Below are positions 1 through 7,760 of a DNA stretch of 20,345 nucleotides, one piece after another. The stretch spans positions 5,087 to 25,431 of the forward strand of contig JBDGTS010000027.1 of NCBI GenBank assembly GCA_042216675.1, written 5' to 3'. Each line of letters opens with the position of its first letter. Positions within the stretch are counted from its first letter, which is position 1. Both the position numbers and the translations under genes were made by a program. The stretch comes from Halobacteriaceae archaeon (GTDB lineage: Archaea > Halobacteriota > Halobacteria > Halobacteriales > Halobacteriaceae). The notes under the pieces are model-generated. The model ran no database searches. It was not told the DNA's origin and saw only the letters and a list, made by a program, of their open reading frames with translations.

Positions 1-91
1 CGGAGGGAGCGACAGCGACCGACGATTCCCCTATGACCATACGCGTGTACGGGGGGTGTGTGGACGCGGACAGTCGCGGAGGGCGTCGCCG

Positions 92-1237
92 TCATCCAGT
101 TAGTTCCTCCACGCTGTCCACGGCTTCACGATGCTCTCCGTCCTGCCATTCTTCCCACCGACTGTTTACCCACGACTTGCCAAACGGGACGTATGCGGCC
201 GTGTCACGGTCGGATAGCCCGTCCCGCTTGCACCGCACGACTGTCCACACCGCGACGTTCCACGCGGCCGTTTCTGGGTCGGGAGTTCCATCGTCACCGG
301 TCGGACGCTCCCACTCCCACGCGGTCGCCTCCTTGTCGTTGTAGCGCCAGTCTGTCGGCGGGATGCCGTCGATCGAGAGGATTTGCCCGCGCCCTTTCCG
401 GTTCTTCACCGTCTCGTAGATCGTCGCCGACTTCTTGCCCTCCTTGTGGACGGCTTCAGCCATCACCCGGATCGCGGGGTGTACGTCGCCGCCGTCGTGC
501 CCGACGATGATGATCGAGCCGCCGTACTTCCGGACCTTGTAGACGAGCGGCGCCAGTTTCGCACCTGCCTCGGCGCCGGACTTTCCCCGACCGCTCGCGT
601 GACTGCTCGCCTCGTCGAAGATGAACAGCTTGTGCGTCCCCTCGCCGTTCATCACGGCGTCCTGATCCTGCTTGAACCAGTCCATCACGTCAGGGTAGTT
701 CGCGATCCACTCGTCGCTCTCGCGAAGTGTGCGAATGTTGCTCGCCACCTCACCGCCGGGATGGGTCCGCTTCCAAAGTTGCCCCGCGAGACAGGCAAAG
801 TCCGTCTTCCCCGACCCCGGCGGCGCGAAGATGTACCACAGGATCGCTTCCCGGTCGAGAAGGTCCTCCACGTCCATGAGCGCCTGCATCCCCGATATAT
901 CGGCGCGTTGGTTCGCGTCACCCGTCATGAGTTTGAGCGTCTGCGTGTCGCCGTGGTCCATCGCCTCGCGCGCGACAGCCGTCGATTCGTTCCGGAGCGT
1001 CCGCCGGTACATCTCGGTGCTCTCGACGCGGGCCGGCATCGCCGCCCGAACCTCCGTGGGGAGTTCGGACGGATCGTACTCTTGGGAGAGGATAGAGAGG
1101 TAGCGCGACAGTTGCGGGTCCTGAACCCGGCCCGTGTGCTCGCGCACTTCGGGGTCCCGCTGGCCGTAGCCTTCCGCGTGCTCGCGAAACTGCGCGGGAG
1201 TGTAGAGGTCCTCACCGCCGTCGTCGGTCATGGTCAC
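92..1237 (-). CDS. Pleolipovirus conserved P-loop NTPase (HRPV-1 ORF8/VP8-like)
   Basis: Walker A APPGSGKT, Walker B LFIFDEA, then IIIVGH and a possible C-terminal HTH. Last gene of the cluster. SD-like GGAGGTGA at 1241-1248 (minus strand); start is GTG 1237 or ATG 1231. Confidence 0.88.
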   Translation of the reverse strand: MTMTDDGGEDLYTPAQFREHAEGYGQRDPEVREHTGRVQDPQLSRYLSILSQEYDPSELPTEVRAAMPARVESTEMYRRTLRNESTAVAREAMDHGDTQTLKLMTGDANQRADISGMQALMDVEDLLDREAILWYIFAPPGSGKTDFACLAGQLWKRTHPGGEVASNIRTLRESDEWIANYPDVMDWFKQDQDAVMNGEGTHKLFIFDEASSHASGRGKSGAEAGAKLAPLVYKVRKYGGSIIIVGHDGGDVHPAIRVMAEAVHKEGKKSATIYETVKNRKGRGQILSIDGIPPTDWRYNDKEATAWEWERPTGDDGTPDPETAAWNVAVWTVVRCKRDGLSDRDTAAYVPFGKSWVNSRWEEWQDGEHREAVDSVEELTG

Positions 1238-2055
1238 GACTCACCTCCGTCGGTCGCGACGGCTTCCTGCTCCTCAGCAAGGCCGTTCCCTCGCTTCGGC
1301 GCGTCCGACTCAGGCGACGGGTCCGCCAGTTGGTCGAAGTCCGGCAGGTCCTCCTCGTCAAGCGTCGGGAGGTCCGTCTCCGTCACGCTCTCCGCGCGCT
1401 CCTCGTAGTCCTCGAATACCTCTTTCACTGCCGTCTTATCCAGCATCTCGCCCCGCTCGCGGGCCTGTGCCAGTCGGTTGATGAGCCGATGCTGAAGGTC
1501 CGACCCGAGTTCCGAGATGCTGTCCCGCATGATACCCAGCGAGATGTACGCCTCGGTGAGTTTGGAGTACATCGACTCCATGTGGTCCTTCGACGTGAGC
1601 ACCTTCTGGTCCTCAAGCTCCGAGAGCCACACACCGCGGACGATGAGGTCCTCCGTCTCACCGTGCCAGTCGAACTCCCGAACCGCCCACGCTGACGAGC
1701 CGTTCACCGCCCACGGGTCCGGCCCCTCGACCGTCTTCTCGGCCCATATCTCGGGCGGGACGAGGTACTTCTCCACGTCGTCGGTGACGGCGTTGACGTG
1801 GAACACCTCGACGGCGTTCCGAACGCGGAGCCACCGGGCGAAGCGGAGCCCTGCGAGGAACAGCGGCGGCCCGAGGATCAGCGCCGCCGCGGCGAAGTCC
1901 ATCACCCAGCGCGGAACGTGCGGGAGATCGGGCCGCGCCACGCCGATGATCAGGCCGAGGAACACCAGTATCCCGGCCGTGAGAAGCTGGGCTTCCGCGA
2001 CGACGTAGGTGAAGCGGTCAGCCCACGATCGGAACGTCGGGCGAATCTCAGGCAT
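1234..2055 (-). CDS. Pleolipovirus conserved membrane protein (HRPV-1 ORF7-like position)
   Basis: 273 aa with two N-terminal TM segments, a helical region and an acidic tail. Overlaps both neighbours and lies directly upstream of the NTPase. Confidence 0.8.
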   Translation of the reverse strand: MPEIRPTFRSWADRFTYVVAEAQLLTAGILVFLGLIIGVARPDLPHVPRWVMDFAAAALILGPPLFLAGLRFARWLRVRNAVEVFHVNAVTDDVEKYLVPPEIWAEKTVEGPDPWAVNGSSAWAVREFDWHGETEDLIVRGVWLSELEDQKVLTSKDHMESMYSKLTEAYISLGIMRDSISELGSDLQHRLINRLAQARERGEMLDKTAVKEVFEDYEERAESVTETDLPTLDEEDLPDFDQLADPSPESDAPKRGNGLAEEQEAVATDGGES

Positions 2056-2608
2056 CGGAGCCAGCCACCTCCGGAGCGCCGCCCTCCTGTCGCATCACCC
2101 AGAGCGCCGCGAGGATGAAACAGCCAATCGCCAGCGCCGAGCCGCCGAGCCAGCCGACCGTCGCGCTCCCGCCCGCCAGCGGGTTGATCGGCTTGATGCC
2201 AGTCGAGAGGTAGACGCCACCGTCGGACGTGCCGATGCTCACCGCGGCCGCCCCGCGGTACTCACCCACGTCCATCGTCACCGTCGTCTCTCCTCTGACC
2301 ATGACCCGCTTCGCCTCGACTCGACGAGCGCCCGACTCGTCCACCGCGCCCAGCACGTCCGCGACCGAGACGAGCGTCGGGAGGTCCGCGTACAGTTTGA
2401 CGTGCATCTCGTCGCCGTCGTACCAGTAGTCCGTCACCGAGAGGTGCGGCCCGACCCGGATCACCGTCTGGTTCGGCCCCGTCTCGCCGGTCCCATCCGA
2501 GGGAGTCGGCGTCGAGGTCGTGCTGTTCTCCTGTGCCGCTACGGTGCCGACGCCTGCACCCGCCACTACAGCGAGGAGAAGCGTCAGCGCGAATAGTGCG
2601 CGTTTCAT
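2048..2608 (-). CDS. Pleolipovirus conserved exported membrane-anchored protein (HRPV-1 ORF6-like position)
   Basis: Start re-assigned to ATG 2608 (MKRALFALTLLLAVVAG..., a signal peptide). Thr/Pro linker, beta-rich domain and a C-terminal TM helix. Confidence 0.78.
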   Translation of the reverse strand: MKRALFALTLLLAVVAGAGVGTVAAQENSTTSTPTPSDGTGETGPNQTVIRVGPHLSVTDYWYDGDEMHVKLYADLPTLVSVADVLGAVDESGARRVEAKRVMVRGETTVTMDVGEYRGAAAVSIGTSDGGVYLSTGIKPINPLAGGSATVGWLGGSALAIGCFILAALWVMRQEGGAPEVAGSDA

Positions 2609-2627
2609 GAGTAGGAGGGGAGCGCCC

Positions 2628-2825
2628 TTAGAACGAGAACGCGTCCCCGAGACTGCCCCAGATGCCGCCCACAGCGGACTGCACCTGTTGAGCGATCCAA
2701 TTCGAGACGTACGAGACCACAAACTCGATCCAGCCCAGCAGCATCCCCACGGGGTCGTACCCCGCGAGGTACAGGGCCGCGCCGAGGCCCGCGATCAGCG
2801 CGACGGCCTGAATCTTATCGTCCAC
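2628..2825 (-). CDS. Small hydrophobic viral membrane protein
   Basis: VDDKIQAVALIAGLGAALYLAGYDPVGMLLGWIEFVVSYV...; fills the gap between the spike and the ORF6-like gene. GTG 2825 overlaps the spike end; the ORF track start is 2849. Confidence 0.6.
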   Translation of the reverse strand: MDDKIQAVALIAGLGAALYLAGYDPVGMLLGWIEFVVSYVSNWIAQQVQSAVGGIWGSLGDAFSF

Positions 2826-4905
2826 CTCCACCACCGGGTTGGTCCCCACGGAGGACGATGAACGCCGCGGCCAACACGAACACCGCGCCGATCATCATGG
2901 AGCCACCAGCGCCGCCGAACCCTCCGCCGCCACCAGTGCTACCGGTTCCGGCGGGATAGGTCGGCTCCAGCTTCTCCAGTTGCGCGCGGAGGTCCGCGAG
3001 TTCCGTCATCCGAGACTGATAGTCGTCGGACGAGTAGGACTGATAGTCCGTGTCCTGCGTGCCCGTCGAGGAGATCGACGTGCCGTTCCGGTTCTTCATC
3101 TCCGAGATCACGAACGTCCCGTTCATGCTGAACCGCTGACCGTCAGCGGTGAGGAGCATCTGACTCCCCGAGATGTTGGCCGTGTCGTACGTCCGGTTGA
3201 CGTACCAACGCCCGTCGGTGAGGTTCGTGCTGTTGTACGACGGGGCCTGCTGGCTCATCACCAGCCCCGTGTACGTCCCCGACTGATTCGACCCGGAGCG
3301 GGCTGTGTAGTCCACGACCATGTGCGACGTGCTGGAGAGGTTCGGCGTCGAGAGTCCCAGCGTCGCCAACGACGCGGCCGCGTGGGTGAGTGCGCCCGTC
3401 TCGTTGTAGTCCGTCGCGTACTCTTGGGCGAGCGTCGAGCGCGAGATGAAGTCGCTCGGGTCGTACGTTCCGTTCTGCCACGCGTCGTGAGTCCGATTCG
3501 CGTAAGTGGCGAAGTTGGTTTCGAGGCGGTCCGTCGTCTGGTTGATTGACGACCAAATCTGACCGTATTCCTCGAAACTCATGATAGTCTGATTCTCTGA
3601 TCCTTCCGTATCAGCGACGTAGAGTTTCGAGTATTCCATAAGCGACCCCTCGACACTCACGTTATCGACGTAGACAGGCGCATCTAACTCCGCATACGTC
3701 CATGCGATCTCGTCTACAGTCCCCGAGTTCTGCGACCAGTTGCCGAGTTGGTCGCTTCCGATTTTCGTCCCGTTGTCGCCGAAGACGGTCAGCGTCGGGG
3801 TCACCGTCGAGGCGTTCGCCCAGTCCATCCCCGTCACATGGATTTTGTAGTTCTGGTTGTATTGGAGGTCGATGCCGGTGTCGACTTTCGTTATTCCGTC
3901 GCCGTTCTCCCACTGGAGGTTCGCCGCCGCGCTCCCGTCGATGTCTCGCAAGGTGACGACGAGCCGGTTCGTGGTCCCCGACCGTAGCGCCATGCGGAAC
4001 GTCAGGGACCCTTCAGTCCCCGAGCCGGTCGGCCGGACCATCGTGGAGAAACTCGACGGATTCGTCGCAGGCAGACCAGCGCGAGGATCACCTCCGCTGG
4101 TATCCACCTTCATCGTGTAGTTTCCCCTAATTTCGGGAGAGGATACCACACTAGCACCGGAATTTAAATCCCACAACGGCGCAGAACCGTTTTCGAAGTC
4201 GCTGAACGCGGAGGTCGCCGATGCAATCACTGCGCCGGTAGAGACGGTGCCCTGCTTACCGGCGACCGACTCCCACCCTCTCACGGGGATGCTCGTCCCG
4301 TTCGTGAGTGTGACGGTCGCGGTATAGTTTCCACCCTGATAGTTGCCGCCGTCAGACCTGACGATACTCTCATCTAACCCATCTTCGGTTTTCGCGACCC
4401 GCTCGATATACTCAGCACTCGTCAGCGAGCCATTCCACGCCTCAGCCATCACCATCTGATGCCGGGCGTAGTAGTCCTCGATGGCCTCGATACCGACCTG
4501 TCGGACTTCGGCCGCGGTCGCGTTGCTATCATTCTGCATCTTCGCGACCATCGCCGCCTCGGCCTTGCTCCACGCCACGGTTTCCGTGTCGTTCAAGTAG
4601 TTTTGCCGGACGGTGAGGTGGAGGTTCTGTTTCTCTAACTGCGACGCCGCCAACGCCTTCAGATCAGTAATCGTCTGCTGGTCCTCGATGCGATCCTGCT
4701 GTTTCCACGTCTGGATTTCGCTACTCGTGTAGGCGTCCTCACCTGAGTCACATGAACCCACGTTGAAGGTGAGGGCCGCGGTGAGATGGATGGCGGTGCC
4801 GCCATCGCAACTACTGGCGGATACCGGGCCGACCGCGCCGGTCAGCGCCGCGCCGACGACCAGCACGACGAGGAACGCCGAGCGAAGTCGTGCGCGACTG
4901 CTCAC
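2815..4905 (-). CDS. Pleolipovirus spike / membrane fusion protein (HRPV-1 VP4, HRPV-6 VP5-like), 696 aa
   Basis: Signal peptide, then a Cys-bracketed hydrophobic segment (CDGGTAIHLTAALTFNVGSC), a helical N-domain, many N-x-S/T sequons, a Gly-rich linker and a C-terminal TM anchor. SD-like GGAGGTGA lies upstream. Confidence 0.88.
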   Translation of the reverse strand: MSSRARLRSAFLVVLVVGAALTGAVGPVSASSCDGGTAIHLTAALTFNVGSCDSGEDAYTSSEIQTWKQQDRIEDQQTITDLKALAASQLEKQNLHLTVRQNYLNDTETVAWSKAEAAMVAKMQNDSNATAAEVRQVGIEAIEDYYARHQMVMAEAWNGSLTSAEYIERVAKTEDGLDESIVRSDGGNYQGGNYTATVTLTNGTSIPVRGWESVAGKQGTVSTGAVIASATSAFSDFENGSAPLWDLNSGASVVSSPEIRGNYTMKVDTSGGDPRAGLPATNPSSFSTMVRPTGSGTEGSLTFRMALRSGTTNRLVVTLRDIDGSAAANLQWENGDGITKVDTGIDLQYNQNYKIHVTGMDWANASTVTPTLTVFGDNGTKIGSDQLGNWSQNSGTVDEIAWTYAELDAPVYVDNVSVEGSLMEYSKLYVADTEGSENQTIMSFEEYGQIWSSINQTTDRLETNFATYANRTHDAWQNGTYDPSDFISRSTLAQEYATDYNETGALTHAAASLATLGLSTPNLSSTSHMVVDYTARSGSNQSGTYTGLVMSQQAPSYNSTNLTDGRWYVNRTYDTANISGSQMLLTADGQRFSMNGTFVISEMKNRNGTSISSTGTQDTDYQSYSSDDYQSRMTELADLRAQLEKLEPTYPAGTGSTGGGGGFGGAGGSMMIGAVFVLAAAFIVLRGDQPGGGGGR

Positions 4906-5111
4906 CGCGGGTCACCTCCGGGAAGTGCCGCCACCTGTTTGCGTACAGACTGCCGCCGGTGCCCTCGATCCGCCGAGAGCGCGACAGGGACGACCGTGAC
5001 GATCGCCGCCCACGGGAGCGCGCCGTACGCGGTGAGGAGCACCGCGACGAGCGCCAGCCCGAGAGCCGCGGCCTGCCACGGCCGGAGCGCCATCGTCTGT
5101 TTGCTGTTCAT
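4902..5111 (-). CDS. Small membrane protein, two hydrophobic segments, basic C-terminus
   Basis: 69 aa. Its stop overlaps the spike start (GTGA); lies between the VP3-like gene and the spike. Confidence 0.65.
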   Translation of the reverse strand: MNSKQTMALRPWQAAALGLALVAVLLTAYGALPWAAIVTVVPVALSADRGHRRQSVRKQVAALPGGDPR

Positions 5112-5121
5112 CCTCGATACC

Positions 5122-5538
5122 TCAGTAGTACGCGAGCAGGGCGTACGCCCCGGTCAGGATCATGCCAGCCACAGCGCCGACCGTCTGGGAAGACATGACG
5201 AGGTTGTTCAGCGCGGGCACGAACGGGATGCCGATCATCAGCAGAGCCGCACCGCCGGCCGCGGCCTGCTCGATCTCGTCCATGTCGTCGAGCGACTGGT
5301 TCGCCCGGTTCGTCGCCCACGCACCAACGAGGCACACCAGCGCCACGACCCACGCGATCGTTACCTCAGCGCCCGTCGCGGACCACAGCACGTCGCTCAT
5401 GCTGTAGCCGAACAGCGAGAACTGCCCGATGCCGACGAGGACCACGACTGCGATGGGATACGCCCACCCCAGCACGAAGTCCGTTACGTCGATCGATCCT
5501 TCCCGATGCAACCACGAAGCTCCGGTTCCAGTTGCCAT
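5122..5538 (-). CDS. Pleolipovirus internal membrane (matrix) protein, VP3-like
   Basis: 138 aa with about four TM helices; first gene of the structural cluster, upstream of the spike. Confidence 0.82.
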   Translation of the reverse strand: MATGTGASWLHREGSIDVTDFVLGWAYPIAVVVLVGIGQFSLFGYSMSDVLWSATGAEVTIAWVVALVCLVGAWATNRANQSLDDMDEIEQAAAGGAALLMIGIPFVPALNNLVMSSQTVGAVAGMILTGAYALLAYY

Positions 5539-5561
5539 ACTACGGCCGGACGCTTCGCGGA

Positions 5562-5579
5562 CCGGGGTCTAAACCCCGG
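5562..5579 (-). promoter_or_regulatory. Putative promoter of the structural operon: TATA-like TTTAGA inside the palindrome CCGGGGT-N4-ACCCCGG
   Basis: Perfect 7-bp inverted repeat (5562-5568 / 5573-5579) about 30 nt upstream of ATG 5538, the spacing expected for a leaderless haloarchaeal transcript. Confidence 0.5.
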
Positions 5580-5699
5580 CAAGTGAGAACTCTGCTTGTT
5601 TCATTCGGGGGCTGACTTGACGGGGGTAATTGGAGGGATAGAAACCACTAACCACCGTTCGTACGGGCGATAAATGAAAAACGGAAATCTAGTCGGTCG

Positions 5700-6263
5700 T
5701 TACGACAGAGTCACCGTCTGGTCGAGAAGTTGCTTGTCGCTTTCAGTATGGACCATTTGGATTATGTAGTCCGTATTATCGCTGAAGACCTGAGTGGAAT
5801 TCCCATCACTAATCGTGATGAGTGAACCGGTCGAAAAGGTGCTGGCGGAACCAATTGCAGTCCCGTCAACCGTCGCAGAGACGTCAACACTGCTACCAGC
5901 ACCATTCGTCCAACCACTACCGGAAGTCCAACGTGCTACAATACTGTTGTCGCTTGCCGAGCGCACCGTAATCTGAAGTTTGCTCACTTCGATTGAATCT
6001 CCTTGATTATGGGAGATGTCAAAGGCGGCAACAGCGCTAGTCCCGGTCGTGGGGTCCGTATAATCGGTCGGGTTATCGGATACCGAAATACTGGCCGTTG
6101 GTCCCGAATTCCCTACGTTCTGACCGAGCCCTAGCACGAAGGTCCCGATAACGGCGGCAAGAATTACCGTTATCGCAACCATAAGTATCACACCGATGAC
6201 AGGTGAGACGCCCGTCTTGTCCTCGACGAAAGTCGTGAATCGCTCTTTGAGTTGGTCTAACAT
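5700..6263 (-). CDS. pilA: Archaeal type IV pilin (PilA-like, DUF1628/Pilin_N family)
   Basis: Class III signal peptide with the haloarchaeal pilin H-domain G|[29 protein letters not shown], a later HNQGDSI motif and a Ser/Thr-rich beta domain. Start is ATG 6263 (GTG 6290 is an alternative). Confidence 0.92.
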   Translation of the reverse strand: MLDQLKERFTTFVEDKTGVSPVIGVILMVAITVILAAVIGTFVLGLGQNVGNSGPTASISVSDNPTDYTDPTTGTSAVAAFDISHNQGDSIEVSKLQITVRSASDNSIVARWTSGSGWTNGAGSSVDVSATVDGTAIGSASTFSTGSLITISDGNSTQVFSDNTDYIIQMVHTESDKQLLDQTVTLS

Positions 6264-6316
6264 GGTTTGATTGCGTGGTTTGGATCGCACGGCCGTCGGA
6301 AAAGCGAGCGGGCGAA

Positions 6317-6350
6317 ACAGTTTAACCCCTTGCCTTCGGGGTCAAACTGT
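6317..6350. promoter_or_regulatory. 13-bp imperfect inverted repeat upstream of the pilin gene, overlapping a TATA-like TTAAA
   Basis: ACAGTTTAACCCC (6317-6329), 8-nt spacer, GGGGTCAAACTGT (6338-6350); 12 of 13 positions complementary. Confidence 0.5.
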
Positions 6351-6488
6351 CGGCTGGAGGGAGGATGAGGGCCCCACCCCCGCCGCGTCCACCCGGTTTC
6401 GCTTTTCCGCGTCCGTGTCATCCGGCACTCTAACCGCCACCCACATATAGATTCCTGTGCTAACCCCTCTAAAGAATCGGAGGCATTT

Positions 6489-7346
6489 ATGGGAGACTCT
6501 ATCACACTCGTCACCGCCGCAGACCTTGCACGTACCTACGACCCGCCTGTTGACGATCTCGACGGGTGGGAGTTAACCCAACAGCATCAGGAGGCTCTCG
6601 ACTACGCCGCCTCCAACCCAGACGCAGGGTCCTACGCCGTCGCGAGCGCGGTCGGTGCACCCCGCGGGCGCGTCCGGCCGTGGATCGAGGACGACGACCC
6701 GGCGATTCCTGATGCCGCCCGCGGCGTACAGACTGCCGAGGAGCGAGGCTGGATTCCGATTACGACTGATGACGATCCCGACGTGCTACACGCGTGGGTG
6801 ACTCTGACCGCCGCCCTCCTCGCCGGAGGGTCTATCAATCGGCACCATGTGCCGCGCTGGGCCGCCGGAACCGAGCGCGAACGCGACCGGATCACTGGTG
6901 CGCTTGAGACGCTCGGCGTCGAGTGGCGCGACGACCACGCGGATGTTTCCAATCGGGCGACCGAGATTTCACCGTTCAAGTCGTCGGTCCTCGGCCGTGT
7001 CTTCGAGGCTCTCGGCGTTCCTGCTGGTGAGAAGCGCCACGCCGATCTTGCGGTGCCCGACTGGCTCGACGAGGTTCCGGGCTGGCTCCGCCAGCAGTTC
7101 GCCGTCGTGTACGTCGCGAATCGGGCCGAAGAACGGTTCCCTGACGCAGAGGGTGAGCGTGGTGGTATTCGGATTCGCGAGAACCGACCCGAGGCGTATC
7201 TCGATGAACTGGCCGCGTTTCTCTCTCAGGTGACTGGCGAGAAGGTGACCCGGCCGGGTGAGAACAACGTCTATCTCTCCAAAGGTGCGCTGGAGAAGCT
7301 CGCCGCCTTCGACCGTCGCGATAGCGCCATCCGCTCGATGGATTAG
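6489..7346 (+). CDS. Putative DNA-binding protein: N-terminal HTH plus degenerate LAGLIDADG-like domain
   Basis: 285 aa, acidic. HTH-like GSYAVASAVGAPRGRVRPWI; LTAALLAGGSI and QFAVVYVANRA helices with a K..L.VPDWL linker resemble a two-motif LAGLIDADG fold. The ORF call is solid; the domain call is inference. Confidence 0.55.
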   Translation: MGDSITLVTAADLARTYDPPVDDLDGWELTQQHQEALDYAASNPDAGSYAVASAVGAPRGRVRPWIEDDDPAIPDAARGVQTAEERGWIPITTDDDPDVLHAWVTLTAALLAGGSINRHHVPRWAAGTERERDRITGALETLGVEWRDDHADVSNRATEISPFKSSVLGRVFEALGVPAGEKRHADLAVPDWLDEVPGWLRQQFAVVYVANRAEERFPDAEGERGGIRIRENRPEAYLDELAAFLSQVTGEKVTRPGENNVYLSKGALEKLAAFDRRDSAIRSMD

Positions 7347-7348
7347 CG

Positions 7349-7636
7349 TCAGTCCTCCGGTTCGGGGAGTTCGTCGGCGTCGAGGTCGCCCGCGAGGAAC
7401 GCGCGGCCCCGATCGGTGAGCCGGTACGTCTGCCCCTCTTTTTCGAACAGCCCTATCTGATGGAGTTTCTGCAGTTCCCCTGCAGTATAGCGCCTGCTGT
7501 AGTCGATATTCTTCGCCAAATCCCGCGGGGACTCCCAGATGTCGTGCTCTTCGAAGTGCTTCAGTATCTCGTAGTGAATGGGGGACATCCACGGGACACG
7601 CTCTACCATCCGTCTTACGTTGGTGTCTTCGTTCAT
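7349..7636 (-). CDS. phiH1-repressor-like winged-helix transcriptional regulator
   Basis: WMSPIHYEILKHF...SPRDLAKNIDYSRRY...L...GLFEK...YRLTDRGRAFLAGDLDADEL is typical of the haloviral phiH1 repressor family. Start uncertain (7609, 7636 or 7657). Confidence 0.82.
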   Translation of the reverse strand: MNEDTNVRRMVERVPWMSPIHYEILKHFEEHDIWESPRDLAKNIDYSRRYTAGELQKLHQIGLFEKEGQTYRLTDRGRAFLAGDLDADELPEPED

Positions 7637-7676
7637 ACGGGTGTTAACTGGTCGCATTCGGGATTTTTGAGTTGAC

Positions 7677-7703
7677 GATACGTGCCAAGTTTTATCACGT
7701 ATC
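7677..7703. promoter_or_regulatory. Candidate operator/promoter: GATACGTG-N11-CACGTATC enclosing TTTTAT
   Basis: Perfect 8-bp inverted repeat (7677-7684 / 7696-7703) flanking a TATA-like box, between the divergent repressor and the plus-strand integrase operon. Confidence 0.6.
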
Positions 7704-7760
7704 CGTGCTACCGTCTGAGTATCACATCCGTCGTCCGCCGCGTCGAGGAAAAGGAGTCCT

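Noticed and set aside
1-91. Start of a further minus-strand viral gene (ATG at 40) and the C-rich motif GTCCACACACCCCCC after the NTPase
   Set aside because: Only 13 codons are visible and there is no second copy of the motif; cannot be supported from this window.
383-1408. Long antisense ORFs (e.g. 383-1408, 10148-11431, 14104-15486, 16867-17925)
   Set aside because: Antisense shadows of real genes, expected in high-GC DNA; no motifs.
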